The notes under the pieces: generated by a model
Database searches by the model: none
The model's input: the letters and a program-made list of their open reading frames with translations, nothing else
What the model was told of the DNA's origin: nothing
From: Candidatus Woesearchaeota archaeon UBA153
Lineage (GTDB): Archaea; Nanobdellota; Nanobdellia; Woesearchaeales; UBA525
Reading direction: 5' to 3'
Assembly: GCA_002503705.1 (NCBI GenBank)
Contig: DASH01000042.1
Location: forward strand, 25,950 to 89,949
Length of the DNA stretch: 64,000 nt
Made by a program: the position numbers and the translations under genes
Part shown: one piece after another, positions 17,903 through 28,184 of the stretch
Numbering within the stretch: the first letter of the stretch is position 1
Layout of the letters: every line of letters starts with the position of its first letter

Positions 17903-18304
17903 ATGAAAGCGATTAAAGCGAACATGACGCGGGCGATCCCAGTCGGATCCTATCTTCCGACGTGCGACAACTCCGGCGCGAAGCTCATCAAGATCTTCAC
18001 TGTCGTCGGCATGAAGACGCGCAAAGGGCGCTACCCTGCCGCGGGCATCGGCGACCTCGTCATGGCGAGCGTGAAGAAAGGGCGGCCGGAGATGCGCAAG
18101 CAGGTCGTCTTCGCCGTCATCGTCCGTCAACGCCAACCGTTCCAACGCCCGGACGGTACGCGCGTCAAATTCGAAGACAACGCCGCGGTCGTCCTGAAAG
18201 ACGACAAGGGCAACCCGAAAGGGACGATTTTCAAAGGGCCGATTGCGAAGGAAGCGTGCATCCGCTGGCCGGGCGTCGCGAAGATCGCCGGCGTCGTCCT
18301 GTAG
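17903..18304 (+). CDS. rpl14: ribosomal protein uL14
   Basis: L14 family; 133 aa. Confidence 0.9.
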   Translation: MKAIKANMTRAIPVGSYLPTCDNSGAKLIKIFTVVGMKTRKGRYPAAGIGDLVMASVKKGRPEMRKQVVFAVIVRQRQPFQRPDGTRVKFEDNAAVVLKDDKGNPKGTIFKGPIAKEACIRWPGVAKIAGVVL

Positions 18305-18330
18305 GAAGAAAGATGGTGATGTGAACACTC

Positions 18331-18717
18331 ATGAAATCAAAGTTCAGCACGGCGTGGAAGTCGAGCATCAGGCCTCGCAAGCAGCGCAAGTACGTCTACA
18401 ACGCGCCGCTCCACCTCCGCGCCGGCCAACTCCACGTCCACTTGTCGAAAGAGTTGCGGCAGAAGTACGGCGTCCGCGCCCTGCGCGTCAGGGTCGGCGA
18501 CACCGTCAAAGTCTCGCGCGGCACGCACAAGGGCAAGGAAGGCAAGGTTGAGCGTATCGAGATGAAGCGGTGCCGCGTCATCGTCGACAAGGTCGAAGTG
18601 AAGAAGCTGCAAGGCGGCGTCGCCAAGTACCCGTTGCAACCGTCAAACCTGCTCCTCACGGGCCTCGCGCACGACAAGCGACGGTTCCCCGTCAAGAAAG
18701 AAGAGAAGAAGCAATGA
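18331..18717 (+). CDS. rpl24: ribosomal protein uL24 (KOW)
   Basis: KOW motif VRVGDTVKVSRGTHKGKEGKV. Confidence 0.85.
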   Translation: MKSKFSTAWKSSIRPRKQRKYVYNAPLHLRAGQLHVHLSKELRQKYGVRALRVRVGDTVKVSRGTHKGKEGKVERIEMKRCRVIVDKVEVKKLQGGVAKYPLQPSNLLLTGLAHDKRRFPVKKEEKKQ

Positions 18718-18732
18718 GGCATTGATGTTCCC

Positions 18733-19437
18733 ATGGTCAAGCGTCACTTGAAACGGATCAACGCGCCCCGCACGTGGAGCCTCGCGCGAAAGGAGCGTAC
18801 GTTCACCATCCGCCCGCATCCGGGCGCGCAGCCCTTGGCCGCGACGTTGCCCCTGAGCCTCTTCCTCAACATGGTCGGCGCGAGCGCGTCGATGCGCAGC
18901 ACGAAATACGTGCTCAACCACCAGGACGTCCTCGTGAACGGTCGTCGCGAACGGCGTCCGGAAGCCGCCGTGGGGCTGTTCGACGTCGTCAGCTTCCCCC
19001 TCACGAAGAGCACGTTCCGCCTCACGATTAACACGCGTGACACGCTCGTCGCGATTCCCGTGACCGGCAAGGACGCGACGACGATTCCCTCCAAGATCCT
19101 CAGCAAGACGGTCTTGTCGGGCGGCAAGCTCCAAGTCGGCTGTCACAACGGCCGTACCCTCCTCACGACGGAGACGTACGCTGTCGGCGACACGCTCCTC
19201 CTCGGGCTTGACAACAACGTCTTGGGGCACGAGCCGCTCGCGCCGGGAGCGACAGTCTTCCTGACGGGCGGCAAGCACGTCGGCACGACCGGCGTCCTCG
19301 TCGGCATCCAGGACGGCAAGGCCACCGTGACGGTGAGCGGCGCTCAGAACGCCGCCGGCGGCACGGTGGAGACTGCGCAGCGCCACGTCTTCGTCCTCGG
19401 TAAGGAGAAGGCCGCGGTCAAGGTGGCGGCGGAATAA
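18733..19437 (+). CDS. rps4e: ribosomal protein eS4
   Basis: MVKRHLKRINAPRTW start typical of S4e. Confidence 0.9.
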   Translation: MVKRHLKRINAPRTWSLARKERTFTIRPHPGAQPLAATLPLSLFLNMVGASASMRSTKYVLNHQDVLVNGRRERRPEAAVGLFDVVSFPLTKSTFRLTINTRDTLVAIPVTGKDATTIPSKILSKTVLSGGKLQVGCHNGRTLLTTETYAVGDTLLLGLDNNVLGHEPLAPGATVFLTGGKHVGTTGVLVGIQDGKATVTVSGAQNAAGGTVETAQRHVFVLGKEKAAVKVAAE

Positions 19438-19481
19438 AGTACCCAGCAGAGCATGGAGAGCAGAATCACAGAAAACAACGG

Positions 19482-20003
19482 TTGATCCTCATGAATCCGA
19501 TGCGTACCATCCGAGTCGAGAAGCTCACCCTGAACATCGGGGCTGGCAAGGACCAGGCGAAGCTCGACAAGGGCGAGAAGCTGATCAAGTTCATCACTGG
19601 CGTCGCGCCGGTCAAGACGAAGACGCAAGAGCGCATCCCCGGTTGGGGCTTGCGTCCCGGACTCCCGATCGGCGTCAAGCTCACCTTGCGTGGCAGCGAC
19701 GTCCTCAAGCTCATCCCGCGGCTCCTCGCCGCGAAAGGCAACAAGTTGCAGCCGAGCAACATCGACGAGGCGGGCAACGTGAGCTTCGGCATTCCCGAGT
19801 ATATCGACATCGACGGCATCCAGTACAATCCGGAGATCGGCATCCTCGGCTTGCAGGCGTGCCTCACGCTCGAACGCCCCGGCTACCGGGTCAAGCGCCG
19901 CCGTTGCAAGAACGTCAAACCGGGCAAGCGTCACCGGCTCACTCGCGAGGAAGCGATGGAGTTCATGACGAGCACGTTCAAGACGAAGTTTGAAGAGGAG
20001 TGA
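19482..20003 (+). CDS. rpl5: ribosomal protein uL5
   Basis: L5 family; operon position. Confidence 0.9.
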   Translation: MILMNPMRTIRVEKLTLNIGAGKDQAKLDKGEKLIKFITGVAPVKTKTQERIPGWGLRPGLPIGVKLTLRGSDVLKLIPRLLAAKGNKLQPSNIDEAGNVSFGIPEYIDIDGIQYNPEIGILGLQACLTLERPGYRVKRRRCKNVKPGKRHRLTREEAMEFMTSTFKTKFEEE

Positions 20004-20023
20004 GAGGAGTACGAGGAGTCCGC

Positions 20024-20254
20024 ATGACAACGTCCCAACACACCAAGGTCCTCAAGCAGATCGGCAAGAAGCCGGGAACGCACGCCAAGTACCTCAAGCA
20101 CAACGTCCCGAAAGCTCGGGCGTTCGGCGCGCAGACGCACCGGTGCAAATTGTGCGGGAACATGCGCGGCCACATCGGCCGGTATGGTTTGCACTTGTGC
20201 CGCCGTTGCTTCCGGCAGTATGCGACCCAGCTCGGGTTCAAGAAGTACAGTTGA
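20024..20254 (+). CDS. rps14: ribosomal protein uS14 (zinc-binding type Z) with short N-terminal extension
   Basis: [24 protein letters not shown] zinc motif; start chosen at MTTSQ. Confidence 0.75.
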   Translation: MTTSQHTKVLKQIGKKPGTHAKYLKHNVPKARAFGAQTHRCKLCGNMRGHIGRYGLHLCRRCFRQYATQLGFKKYS

Positions 20255-20309
20255 AGACGCACAACGCACACGCAGTGCATGATGAGAAACTGAAACGAGG
20301 AGATGCACG

Positions 20310-20702
20310 ATGTCCATGAACGATCCTTTGGCGAACGTCCTCAGCGCAATCATGAACGCGGAGCGCCGCGGCGGCCGTGAAGTCGTCACGAAGCACAACT
20401 CCACGCTCCTGCGCAAGGTGCTCGACCTGCTCGTCGCGGAAGGTTACCTCGCCGGGTACAGCGTCGCGCCAGCGTCGAGCGGCGACACGCTCACGATCAA
20501 GCTCGTCGGGAAGATCAACAAGGTCGGCGTGGTCAAGCCGCGCTATCAGATCGGCAAGTCGGAGTACGTCCGCTTCGAGAAGCGGTTCCTGCCCGCGCGC
20601 GGGTTCGGCGTCCTCCTCATCAGCACGAATAAGGGGTTGCTGACGCACGAGCAGGCGAAGGCGCTCGGCGTGGGCGGCACGCTCATCAGCTACTGTTACT
20701 GA
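20310..20702 (+). CDS. rps8: ribosomal protein uS8
   Basis: MNDPLANVLSAIMNAERRG start typical of S8. Confidence 0.9.
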   Translation: MSMNDPLANVLSAIMNAERRGGREVVTKHNSTLLRKVLDLLVAEGYLAGYSVAPASSGDTLTIKLVGKINKVGVVKPRYQIGKSEYVRFEKRFLPARGFGVLLISTNKGLLTHEQAKALGVGGTLISYCY

Positions 20703-20781
20703 GCGCGAGGATTGCACAAGAATCGCACGAGGAACGTCCACACGAGGAACGTACACGGTTCGTACCAGGATTGATGTTCAC

Positions 20782-21336
20782 ATGGAAGCCAAAAATTTCG
20801 ACGAACGCATCGAGCTCCCCGCGGGAGTCGTCGCAACGTATGATGAAAAGACGGGCGTCTTGGCCGTGACGGGCCCGAAGGGCTGCGTCTCCAAGGTCAT
20901 CGCCGACCCTCGCGTCGCGATGGGCGTCACCGACGGCGCCGTCACGTTCCTGACGAAGAAGGCGACGATGCGCGAGAAGAAGCTCTTGTACGCGTTCGTC
21001 GCGCACGCGAAGAACTTGGTGCGCGGCGCGACGCAAGGGTACACGTACACGCTGAAGATTTGCAGCGGCCACTTTCCCATGGCGGTGAGCGTCAAGGGCG
21101 ACGTGTTCGAGATCAAGAATTTCATCGGTGAGAAAGTGCCGCGGACGCTGAAGCTCAAGCAGGGCGCGACCGTCAAGGTCGACGGCGAGCGCGTCGTCGT
21201 GACGGGAACGGACAAGGAGATCGTCGGCCAGACTGCCGCGGATATCGAGCAGTTGAGCCGCCGCCCCGGTTTCGACACGCGTATCTTCCAAGACGGCATT
21301 TTCATCATCGACAAGGACGGCAAGAAGGTCGTCTGA
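20782..21336 (+). CDS. rpl6: ribosomal protein uL6
   Basis: L6 family; operon position. Confidence 0.9.
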   Translation: MEAKNFDERIELPAGVVATYDEKTGVLAVTGPKGCVSKVIADPRVAMGVTDGAVTFLTKKATMREKKLLYAFVAHAKNLVRGATQGYTYTLKICSGHFPMAVSVKGDVFEIKNFIGEKVPRTLKLKQGATVKVDGERVVVTGTDKEIVGQTAADIEQLSRRPGFDTRIFQDGIFIIDKDGKKVV

Positions 21337-21378
21337 ACAACACAGCATGTGCAGGACAAGAACAAACCGTGATGTACC

Positions 21379-22017
21379 ATGGCGTTGAATGATTCCCTCG
21401 CGATCCGACGGCGGATGAAGGGCCGCAAGCCCGCGTTCCTCCGACAGGACGCGCACAAGAAAGTCAAGCTGACCCCATCGTGGCGCAAGCCGAAAGGTTC
21501 GGACAGCAAGATGCGCGTCCGCAAGCGCGGCTACAACACGCCCGTCTCGCGCGGCTACGGTGCGCCTCTCGAGGCGCGCGGCCTTCACGCGAGCGGCTTG
21601 CAGCCAGTGCTCGTCGCGACAGTCGCCGAGCTCGACCGCTTGGACGTGAAGCGCGACGGCGCAGTCCTCAAGCGCACAATCGGCGGCAAGCTTCGCGAGA
21701 CGCTTCTCGCGCACGCCGCGACGAAGAAGATCACTGTTTTGAACGTGAAGACGGACGCCGCCGCGGTCGCGGCGAAGTTCGCCGAGCGGAAGGCGCTGAA
21801 GGCGAAGCGGCACGACGCGAAGGCCACCAAGGCCGCCGAGCGCGAGAAGAAGGAGAAGAAGACGCTCGAAGAGAAGACGACGACTCCGGGCGCGGCGCGC
21901 GCGTCGTCGTCAGAGTCCGAGCCGGACGTTCAGAGCACGGTGCAGACGACGGAAGAGACTGCGCACGAGAAGGAAGAGAGAGAAGAGAAGCAGAAAGTCC
22001 TGACGAAACGGACGTAA
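21379..22017 (+). CDS. rpl32e: ribosomal protein eL32 with about 90-aa Lys/Ala/Glu-rich C-terminal extension
   Basis: L32e core (KPAFLRQDAHKK...WRKPKG) plus tail. Confidence 0.8.
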   Translation: MALNDSLAIRRRMKGRKPAFLRQDAHKKVKLTPSWRKPKGSDSKMRVRKRGYNTPVSRGYGAPLEARGLHASGLQPVLVATVAELDRLDVKRDGAVLKRTIGGKLRETLLAHAATKKITVLNVKTDAAAVAAKFAERKALKAKRHDAKATKAAEREKKEKKTLEEKTTTPGAARASSSESEPDVQSTVQTTEETAHEKEEREEKQKVLTKRT

Positions 22018-22052
22018 CAACAGCGAATCATTGACTTGCAAGGTGCACTCGG

Positions 22053-22517
22053 ATGAAACTCGACACGCAACGGCGCATCGCGGCCTCGCTCCTCAAATGC
22101 GGCTCTGACAGGGTCGTCTTCGATCCCGCACGGGCGAACGACATCAAGGAAGCGATCACCAAGTCGGACATGCGCCTCCTCATCAGCGACGGCATCGTCC
22201 GCGCGCGTCCCGTTGCGGGCGTGAGCAAGGCGCGCGCGCGCAAGATCAAGGCGCAGAAGCGGAAAGGCCTCCGTCGCGGTCACGGCAGCAAGAAAGGGAC
22301 GCCGAACGCGTCGCTCGACGGCAAGACGCGCTGGGTCGCCGCGGTGCGCAGCCAGCGCGCGTTCATCCAGGAGTTGCGCGAGAAAGGCCTCTTGTCGCCT
22401 TCGACGTTCCGCGACGTCTACCGGAAGAGCAAGGGCGGTTTTTTCAGGAGTCAACGCCACATCAAGCTCTACCTCGACGATCGTCGCTTGTGGCAGGCGC
22501 CGGCGAAGAAACTATGA
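22053..22517 (+). CDS. rpl19e: ribosomal protein eL19
   Basis: MKLDTQRRIAASLLKCG start typical of L19e. Confidence 0.85.
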   Translation: MKLDTQRRIAASLLKCGSDRVVFDPARANDIKEAITKSDMRLLISDGIVRARPVAGVSKARARKIKAQKRKGLRRGHGSKKGTPNASLDGKTRWVAAVRSQRAFIQELREKGLLSPSTFRDVYRKSKGGFFRSQRHIKLYLDDRRLWQAPAKKL

Positions 22518-22595
22518 GTGAAGAAGAAGTGAAGACGCGACAGACACGTCCACCCGCAGACACGAAAAGACACGCATGAACAGAGTTGATGATCC

Positions 22596-23234
22596 ATGAC
22601 TGGCACACGACACGTCCTCCCCTACCATCGGAAACGCGAAGGGAAGACGAACTATAAGAAACGGCTCGCGCTCCTCAAATCCGGAGTCCCCCGGCTCGTC
22701 ATTCGCCGGAGCAACAAGCACCTCCTCCTCCAGCTCGTCATGTACCAGCCTGACGGGGACAAGGTCCTCGCGACGCTCTCGAGCAAGACGCTCGCCAAGC
22801 ACGGCTGGACGCACAGCACCAAGTCCATCCCGGCAGCGTACCTTGCCGGTCGCTTGTTCGCGAAACAGCTCGTCGAGCAACGCCGCACGAACGCAATCCT
22901 CGACCTCGGGTTCCAGAAGCACCGTCCGGGCACGAGAATCTGCGCGGCGCTCCAAGGCGTCGTCGACGGCGGTGTCGCCATTCCCGTCGGCGCGGAAATC
23001 TTCCCGCCCGGCGACCGGATCAACGGCGCGCACTTGACGACGGCGAAACCCGGTGAGGTCGCCGAGGTCGCGAAGAAGCTCGGCGTCACGTTACCCGCGG
23101 CGACTCCCGCCCCGAAGAAAGAGGCGAAGCACGACGCCGCGCCCGCGAAGGGCAAGGACGGCAAGCCCGCGCCCGCGGCGCAGAAACCGAAAGGCGAGAA
23201 GAAAGCCGACGGTAAAAAACCCGTCGATTCGTGA
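22596..23234 (+). CDS. rpl18: ribosomal protein uL18 with Lys/Ala/Pro-rich C-terminal tail
   Basis: L18 family; tail PAPKKEAKHDAAPAKGKDGKPAPAAQKPKGEKK. Confidence 0.8.
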   Translation: MTGTRHVLPYHRKREGKTNYKKRLALLKSGVPRLVIRRSNKHLLLQLVMYQPDGDKVLATLSSKTLAKHGWTHSTKSIPAAYLAGRLFAKQLVEQRRTNAILDLGFQKHRPGTRICAALQGVVDGGVAIPVGAEIFPPGDRINGAHLTTAKPGEVAEVAKKLGVTLPAATPAPKKEAKHDAAPAKGKDGKPAPAAQKPKGEKKADGKKPVDS

Positions 23235-23257
23235 AAATCAGTGAAGGTTGATACTCC

Positions 23258-24124
23258 ATGGCACGCAGAGAAGCACGGAAGGAGAGCGTCGTGAGCGCGA
23301 ACCTCGACAACTGGCACCCGAAGACCGAGCTTGGGCGCCAAGTCAAGGCGAAGGAGATCCTCGACATCGACGAAATCCTTGATAGTGGTCGCACCATCCT
23401 CGAGCCGGAAATCATCGACATACTCCTCCCGAACTTGGAAGCCGACCTCTTGTTGATCGGCCAAGCGAAGGGCAAGTTCGGCGGCGGCCAGCGTCGCACG
23501 TTCCGCCAGACGCAGAAGAAGACGATGGAGGGGAACAAACCGAAGTTCTCCTGTCTCGTCGTCATCGGCGACAAGAACGGCCACGTCGGTTTCGGCCTCG
23601 GTAAGGCGAAAGAGACGATGCCGGCGCGCGAGAAAGCCGTCCGGAAAGCCAAGCTCAACCTGTTCAAGATCCGTCGCGGCACGGGCTCGTGGGAAGACGC
23701 GAGCAGCGAACCGCACTCCATCCCGTTCAGCGTGACCGGCAAGACGGGCAGCGTCCTCATCAAGCTCATCCCCGCGCCGAAAGGCAAGGGGCTCGTCGTC
23801 GAGAAAGAGGCGGCGAAAGCCTTAGTCTTGGCCGGCATCAAGAACGTCTGGAGCAAGACGTACGGCCAGACGAAGAACAAAGTCAATTTCATCCGAGCGC
23901 TCGAGCTCGCGTTGCGCAACTTGAGCACGACGAAAGTGCCGGACAAAATGGTGGAGAAGCTCGCCATCGCGGACGGCAGCGTCAAGAAGAGCGAGGACGC
24001 GAGCGTTGACTCGTCCGAAGAGGCCGCGGCCGCCTCCTCCGCGAGCGAACCGAAGCGCGCTGAACGCCGCCCTGTCCGCCGCGTTCGCGGTCCGAAGAAG
24101 GAGACGAAAGAGAAGAAAGAGTGA
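23258..24124 (+). CDS. rps5: ribosomal protein uS5 with about 60-aa acidic/basic C-terminal extension
   Basis: S5 dsRBD and C-terminal domain; tail. Confidence 0.85.
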   Translation: MARREARKESVVSANLDNWHPKTELGRQVKAKEILDIDEILDSGRTILEPEIIDILLPNLEADLLLIGQAKGKFGGGQRRTFRQTQKKTMEGNKPKFSCLVVIGDKNGHVGFGLGKAKETMPAREKAVRKAKLNLFKIRRGTGSWEDASSEPHSIPFSVTGKTGSVLIKLIPAPKGKGLVVEKEAAKALVLAGIKNVWSKTYGQTKNKVNFIRALELALRNLSTTKVPDKMVEKLAIADGSVKKSEDASVDSSEEAAAASSASEPKRAERRPVRRVRGPKKETKEKKE

Positions 24125-24135
24125 GTTGATTCCTG

Positions 24136-24669
24136 ATGCCTGAAGCGAAAACGAGTACGAAGTCGACGGTGAAATCCACCGTGACGGCGAGCAGAACGCA
24201 GGGCGGCGCGACAGTTGCGCGCAGCGCTCCGAAAGCTGCTGCCAAACCGAGCGTTCCACGAACTGTTGTCGCGCCTCAAGCCCCCAGCGCCGAGAATGCC
24301 GGTCTCATCGCGGCGGTCCGCGTCCGCGGCGAAGAGGGCATCAAGACGGAGATCCGACTCGCGCTCCAATGCCTGCGCCTCCAACGCTCGAACGTCTGCG
24401 TCCTCATCCCTGACACGAAGCTCTGGCGTGGGCAACTGCGCAAGTGCAAAGACTACATCACGTACGGCTTGATCACGAACGAGACGAAACAATTGCTTGA
24501 AGAGAAGCGCGGCGTCAAGAAAGCCGACGGCACGCTCAAGCCGTTCTACCGTCTCAACCCGCCCCGTCACGGCTTCGGCCGGAAAGGCGTGAAGAAGGCG
24601 TTCACCGAAGGTGGCGCGCTCGGTGAGCGCGGCGCGAAGATGGACGACCTCATCCGGCGGATGGTCTGA
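24136..24669 (+). CDS. rpl30: ribosomal protein uL30
   Basis: IAAVRVRGEEGIKTEIRLALQCLRLQRSNVCVL L30 ferredoxin-like signature. Confidence 0.8.
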   Translation: MPEAKTSTKSTVKSTVTASRTQGGATVARSAPKAAAKPSVPRTVVAPQAPSAENAGLIAAVRVRGEEGIKTEIRLALQCLRLQRSNVCVLIPDTKLWRGQLRKCKDYITYGLITNETKQLLEEKRGVKKADGTLKPFYRLNPPRHGFGRKGVKKAFTEGGALGERGAKMDDLIRRMV

Positions 24670-24685
24670 ACATGAGGGATGCTCA

Positions 24686-25180
24686 ATGAGTCTCAAACGA
24701 CGCAAGAAGAACACCCGCCAGCGCGGCAGCACGTCGCACGGTTGGGGCGCGATGAAGAAGCACCGCGGCGCCGGCCACCGAGGCGGCCGCGGCAACGCGG
24801 GCTCCGGAAAGAGAGGCGACGCGAAGAAGCCTTCCTATTGGAAGATTAAGAACTTCTCCGGCAAGCACGGGTTCACGTCGAAACGGCCCGCGGTCGGCTT
24901 CGTCATGAACGCGGGGCACTTGTCGAGCATGATCGACACGCTCGTCACGCAAGGCCTCGCCGAGAAGAGCGGGAAGGGGTACGCGGTCGACCTCGAGAAA
25001 TTGCGCATCGAGCGGTTGCTCGGCGGCGGCATCGTCAACGTCGCGATGGACGTGACGGTCGAACGCGCGTCGCCCTCAGCGATCGAGAAGATCGAGAAGG
25101 CGGGCGGCAAAGTCACCGTGACGGCGGAACCGGAAGCGGAAAGCGACGACGCAGAAGCGCCCGTGGCTGACGAAGCGTAA
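24686..25180 (+). CDS. rpl15: ribosomal protein uL15
   Basis: Gly/Arg-rich N-terminus KHRGAGHRGGRGNAG typical of L15; start chosen at MSLKRRKK. Confidence 0.8.
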   Translation: MSLKRRKKNTRQRGSTSHGWGAMKKHRGAGHRGGRGNAGSGKRGDAKKPSYWKIKNFSGKHGFTSKRPAVGFVMNAGHLSSMIDTLVTQGLAEKSGKGYAVDLEKLRIERLLGGGIVNVAMDVTVERASPSAIEKIEKAGGKVTVTAEPEAESDDAEAPVADEA

Positions 25181-25210
25181 AACCCTCTTTTCTTCTCTCA
25201 ATCACCTATC

Positions 25211-25225
25211 AAAGCTTTTATAAAT
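25211..25225 (+). promoter_or_regulatory. BRE/TATA (AAAGCTTTTATAAAT) upstream of secY
   Basis: Canonical box 30 nt after rpl15 stop. Confidence 0.5.
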
Positions 25226-25395
25226 CGTTGGTGTGCTCTCTCGCTGCTGGGCGCGTGTTGAGCATCTTCGAAACGCTCGATGCGAGTGTCGCAGGTCCTG
25301 CGTCCCCGGAGGGGGCGTCCCCCCGCGACGGACTCGTCGTCGTTTCCGAGGGCGTTTCGACTTGAGGATGCTCAACACGGAGTCGGGGTTAGGGT

Positions 25396-26736
25396 ATGGC
25401 GTTCATCGATAGCATCCTGAACAACCTTCCGGAAGTCAAGGCGCCGACGGAGAAGCGTCTCGGCTTCAAGGAGAAGTTGAAGTGGACGCTCATCGTCCTC
25501 GTCCTCTACTTCGTTCTCGGCTTGATTCCGCTCTTCGGCCTCGGCCCGAGCGCGCTGCAGCAGTTCGAATTCCTCGAGATGGTGCTCGGCGCGTCGTTCG
25601 GCAGCATCATCACCCTCGGTATCGGTCCCATCGTGACCGCCAGTATCGTCTTGCAGTTGTTGAACGGCTCGGGCATCGTCAAGTTCGACTTGACTAGCCA
25701 TGAGGGGAAGGCGCGCTTTCAAGGCATCCAGAAGCTCTTGAGCGTCGGCTTCGTCATCTTGGAAGGCATCATCTACGTCATCACGGGAGGCTTGTCGCCG
25801 ATGGCGGGCATCCCCGCGTGGTTCCTCGTCTTCCAATTGTTCCTCGGCGGCGTCCTCATCATGCTCATGGACGAGGTCGTCACCAAGTGGGGCTTCGGCT
25901 CCGGCATCTCCTTGTTCATCGCCGCGGGCGTCTCGAAGGGGATTTTCGTCACCCTCTTCAGTCCGTTCAAAGAGCAGGTCGCGGGCGCGTCGACGAGCGA
26001 GTACAGCGTCGGCCGCTTCTTCCAGCTCTTCCAATCGTTGAGCGCGAGCGACATGACGACGTTCATGGTCGCCGCGTCCATCATCCTCGCGACGATCGTC
26101 GTCTTCCTCGTCGTCGTGTACACGCAAGCGATGAAGGTCGAGATTCCCTTGAGCTTCGGCCGGATCCGCGGGCAAGGCATGCGGTGGCCGTTGAACTTCT
26201 TCTACACGAGCAACATCCCCGTCATCCTCGTCGCCGCGTTGTTGGCGAACATCCAATTGCTGGGGCGGCTCATCCCGAAGCTGTCGTGGATCACGCCGCT
26301 CGTCAACCAGCCGAACATCGTCCAGAAGATCATCACGAGCAGTTTCGGCTGGACTGATTTCTTCACCGCGCTCCTGTACATCCTCATCTTCATGACGGGC
26401 AGCCTCATCTTCGGCCTCTTCTGGGTCCAGACGGCAGGCCTCGACCCGCGTTCGCAAGCGCGCAACATCATGAGGTCCGGGCTGCAAATCCCCGGCTTCC
26501 GGAAGGACGAGCGCGTCCTGGAGCGGATGCTCTCCCGGTACATCTGGCCCTTGAGCGTCGTCGGCAGCCTCGCCGTCGGCCTCCTCGCCGCCGTCGCGGA
26601 CTTGACGGGTGCGCTCGGCACTGGTACCGGTATCTTGCTGACCGTCATGATCGTCTACCACTTGTACCAGACGATCGCGCAACAGCACATGATGGACATG
26701 AACCCGATGATGCGCAAGTTCATGGGTGAGCGGTGA
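25396..26736 (+). CDS. secY: protein translocase SecY
   Basis: 446 aa, 10 TM; SecY family motifs. Confidence 0.9.
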   Translation: MAFIDSILNNLPEVKAPTEKRLGFKEKLKWTLIVLVLYFVLGLIPLFGLGPSALQQFEFLEMVLGASFGSIITLGIGPIVTASIVLQLLNGSGIVKFDLTSHEGKARFQGIQKLLSVGFVILEGIIYVITGGLSPMAGIPAWFLVFQLFLGGVLIMLMDEVVTKWGFGSGISLFIAAGVSKGIFVTLFSPFKEQVAGASTSEYSVGRFFQLFQSLSASDMTTFMVAASIILATIVVFLVVVYTQAMKVEIPLSFGRIRGQGMRWPLNFFYTSNIPVILVAALLANIQLLGRLIPKLSWITPLVNQPNIVQKIITSSFGWTDFFTALLYILIFMTGSLIFGLFWVQTAGLDPRSQARNIMRSGLQIPGFRKDERVLERMLSRYIWPLSVVGSLAVGLLAAVADLTGALGTGTGILLTVMIVYHLYQTIAQQHMMDMNPMMRKFMGER

Positions 26737-26742
26737 ACGGCT

Positions 26743-27501
26743 ATGCTCTTCGGCTTCTTGTTCACGTGGCCGCCGTTCTGGGCGATCCTCCTCGTCTCGT
26801 TCGTCATCACGCTCTCGACGACGTTGTTGTATAAATATACGACGAACCAGGCGCGGATGCGTGAGCTGAAGAAGACGGTGAAGGAGTACCAGGAGAAGAT
26901 CAAGAAGTCTCGCGACAAGCCGGAGAAGATGATGAAGCTCCAGCAGGAGGCGATGCAGTACAACCTCGAGTTGATGAAGCACAGCTTCAAGCCGACCTTG
27001 TACACGATGATCCCGTTGCTGTTGCTCTTCGTCTGGCTGAACGCGCACATGGCGTACCAGCCGTTGCTGCCCGATCAAGAGTTCACGCTCACGGCGACGT
27101 ACGCCGACGGCGTCACCGGAACGACAAACCTCTCTCTCCTCCCGGAAGGCTTGACGTTGCTTTCGAACGCGACCGCGCTCGTCACGATTCCTCCCGGCGA
27201 GAAAGGAGGGGTGGTGGAGTGGACGTTGCGCGGGAGCGCTGGCGCGTACAAGGCCATCGTCACGTTCGCGGGTTCGCACGTCGAGAAAGAGTTCGAGATC
27301 ACCTCCGAGCCTGGTCATTACGACGCGCCGTTGCAGACATACAAAGGCGGCGTGAAGTCCATCCTCGTCGGCAACAAGCCCACCCGCCCGTTCGGCGAGT
27401 CGTTCAACCTCTTCGGCTGGCACCCTGGCTGGATCGCCGCGTACATCCTCACGAGCATCGCGTTGAGCATGCTCTTCCGGAAAGCGTTCAACGTCGTGTG
27501 A
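26743..27501 (+). CDS. DUF106 (EMC3/TMCO1-like) membrane protein
   Basis: 3 TM with coiled-coil linker; conserved position after secY in archaea. Confidence 0.7.
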   Translation: MLFGFLFTWPPFWAILLVSFVITLSTTLLYKYTTNQARMRELKKTVKEYQEKIKKSRDKPEKMMKLQQEAMQYNLELMKHSFKPTLYTMIPLLLLFVWLNAHMAYQPLLPDQEFTLTATYADGVTGTTNLSLLPEGLTLLSNATALVTIPPGEKGGVVEWTLRGSAGAYKAIVTFAGSHVEKEFEITSEPGHYDAPLQTYKGGVKSILVGNKPTRPFGESFNLFGWHPGWIAAYILTSIALSMLFRKAFNVV

Positions 27502-27666
27502 AAAGAAGCGGTTTTTGTTTTCTCAATGAACGCCGTTACCGTCCTTAAGGGCGAACACCTACGACGTTTTATGCAAGGCGACAAGGGGGACGCCCCACCC
27601 GGGGAATGTCGCCCTACGGACGAAGAAGCGGGTGTGAGCAGGACGGTAACGGCGCAGAATAGTTCT

Positions 27667-28044
27667 TCAGAGATAACCGTCTTGCTTGAGCGACTCGACC
27701 ACTTGTTTCGTGACGTCAGAAAGAGGATATGCTCTCGTCTTCTCATACGTCGCATAGGCGGCGTCCGAGATTTCCGCTTGCGGCTTTCCTAGGTTCTGCA
27801 GTTCAGCGAAATAGACGTCGACGTTGATGCCGTCGCCGGCGAAGGGAGCGATGCCTTGGAATGCCTTGTAGAACCGACAGTTGGTGACTTTTCCTTCTTC
27901 GATCTCTTCCGAGACCTCTCGGACGAGACAACCAAGGTCGGACTCTTCCGGTTTCCCGCCCGGGAGAATCCAGACGGTCTTCTTCTGGACGAGAAGGAGC
28001 TCTTTCTTATCGTTGATGATTGCCGCACTGACGACTAGTCGCAT
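27667..28044 (-). CDS. NUDIX hydrolase (low GC); ORF extends to 28185 but likely start is MRLVVSA
   Basis: Nudix box GGKPEESDLGCLVREVSEEIEEG. Confidence 0.65.
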   Translation of the reverse strand: MRLVVSAAIINDKKELLLVQKKTVWILPGGKPEESDLGCLVREVSEEIEEGKVTNCRFYKAFQGIAPFAGDGINVDVYFAELQNLGKPQAEISDAAYATYEKTRAYPLSDVTKQVVESLKQDGYL

Positions 28045-28184
28045 GATGCTCGGGAGTGTGTTCTTCAGATATAAACACATAATATTGCCCATATAGAAAA
28101 TAATATCTTTTCCTTTCCAGTTATCTTTATAAACACCTCGTCGTTCTCGGACGTCACGCTTGGCAGCGGAGAACGTGAAGTACA

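Noticed and set aside
25372-27423. 683-aa ORF antisense to secY/DUF106
   Set aside because: Highly charged Asp/Glu/Arg nonsense; secY frame is certain.
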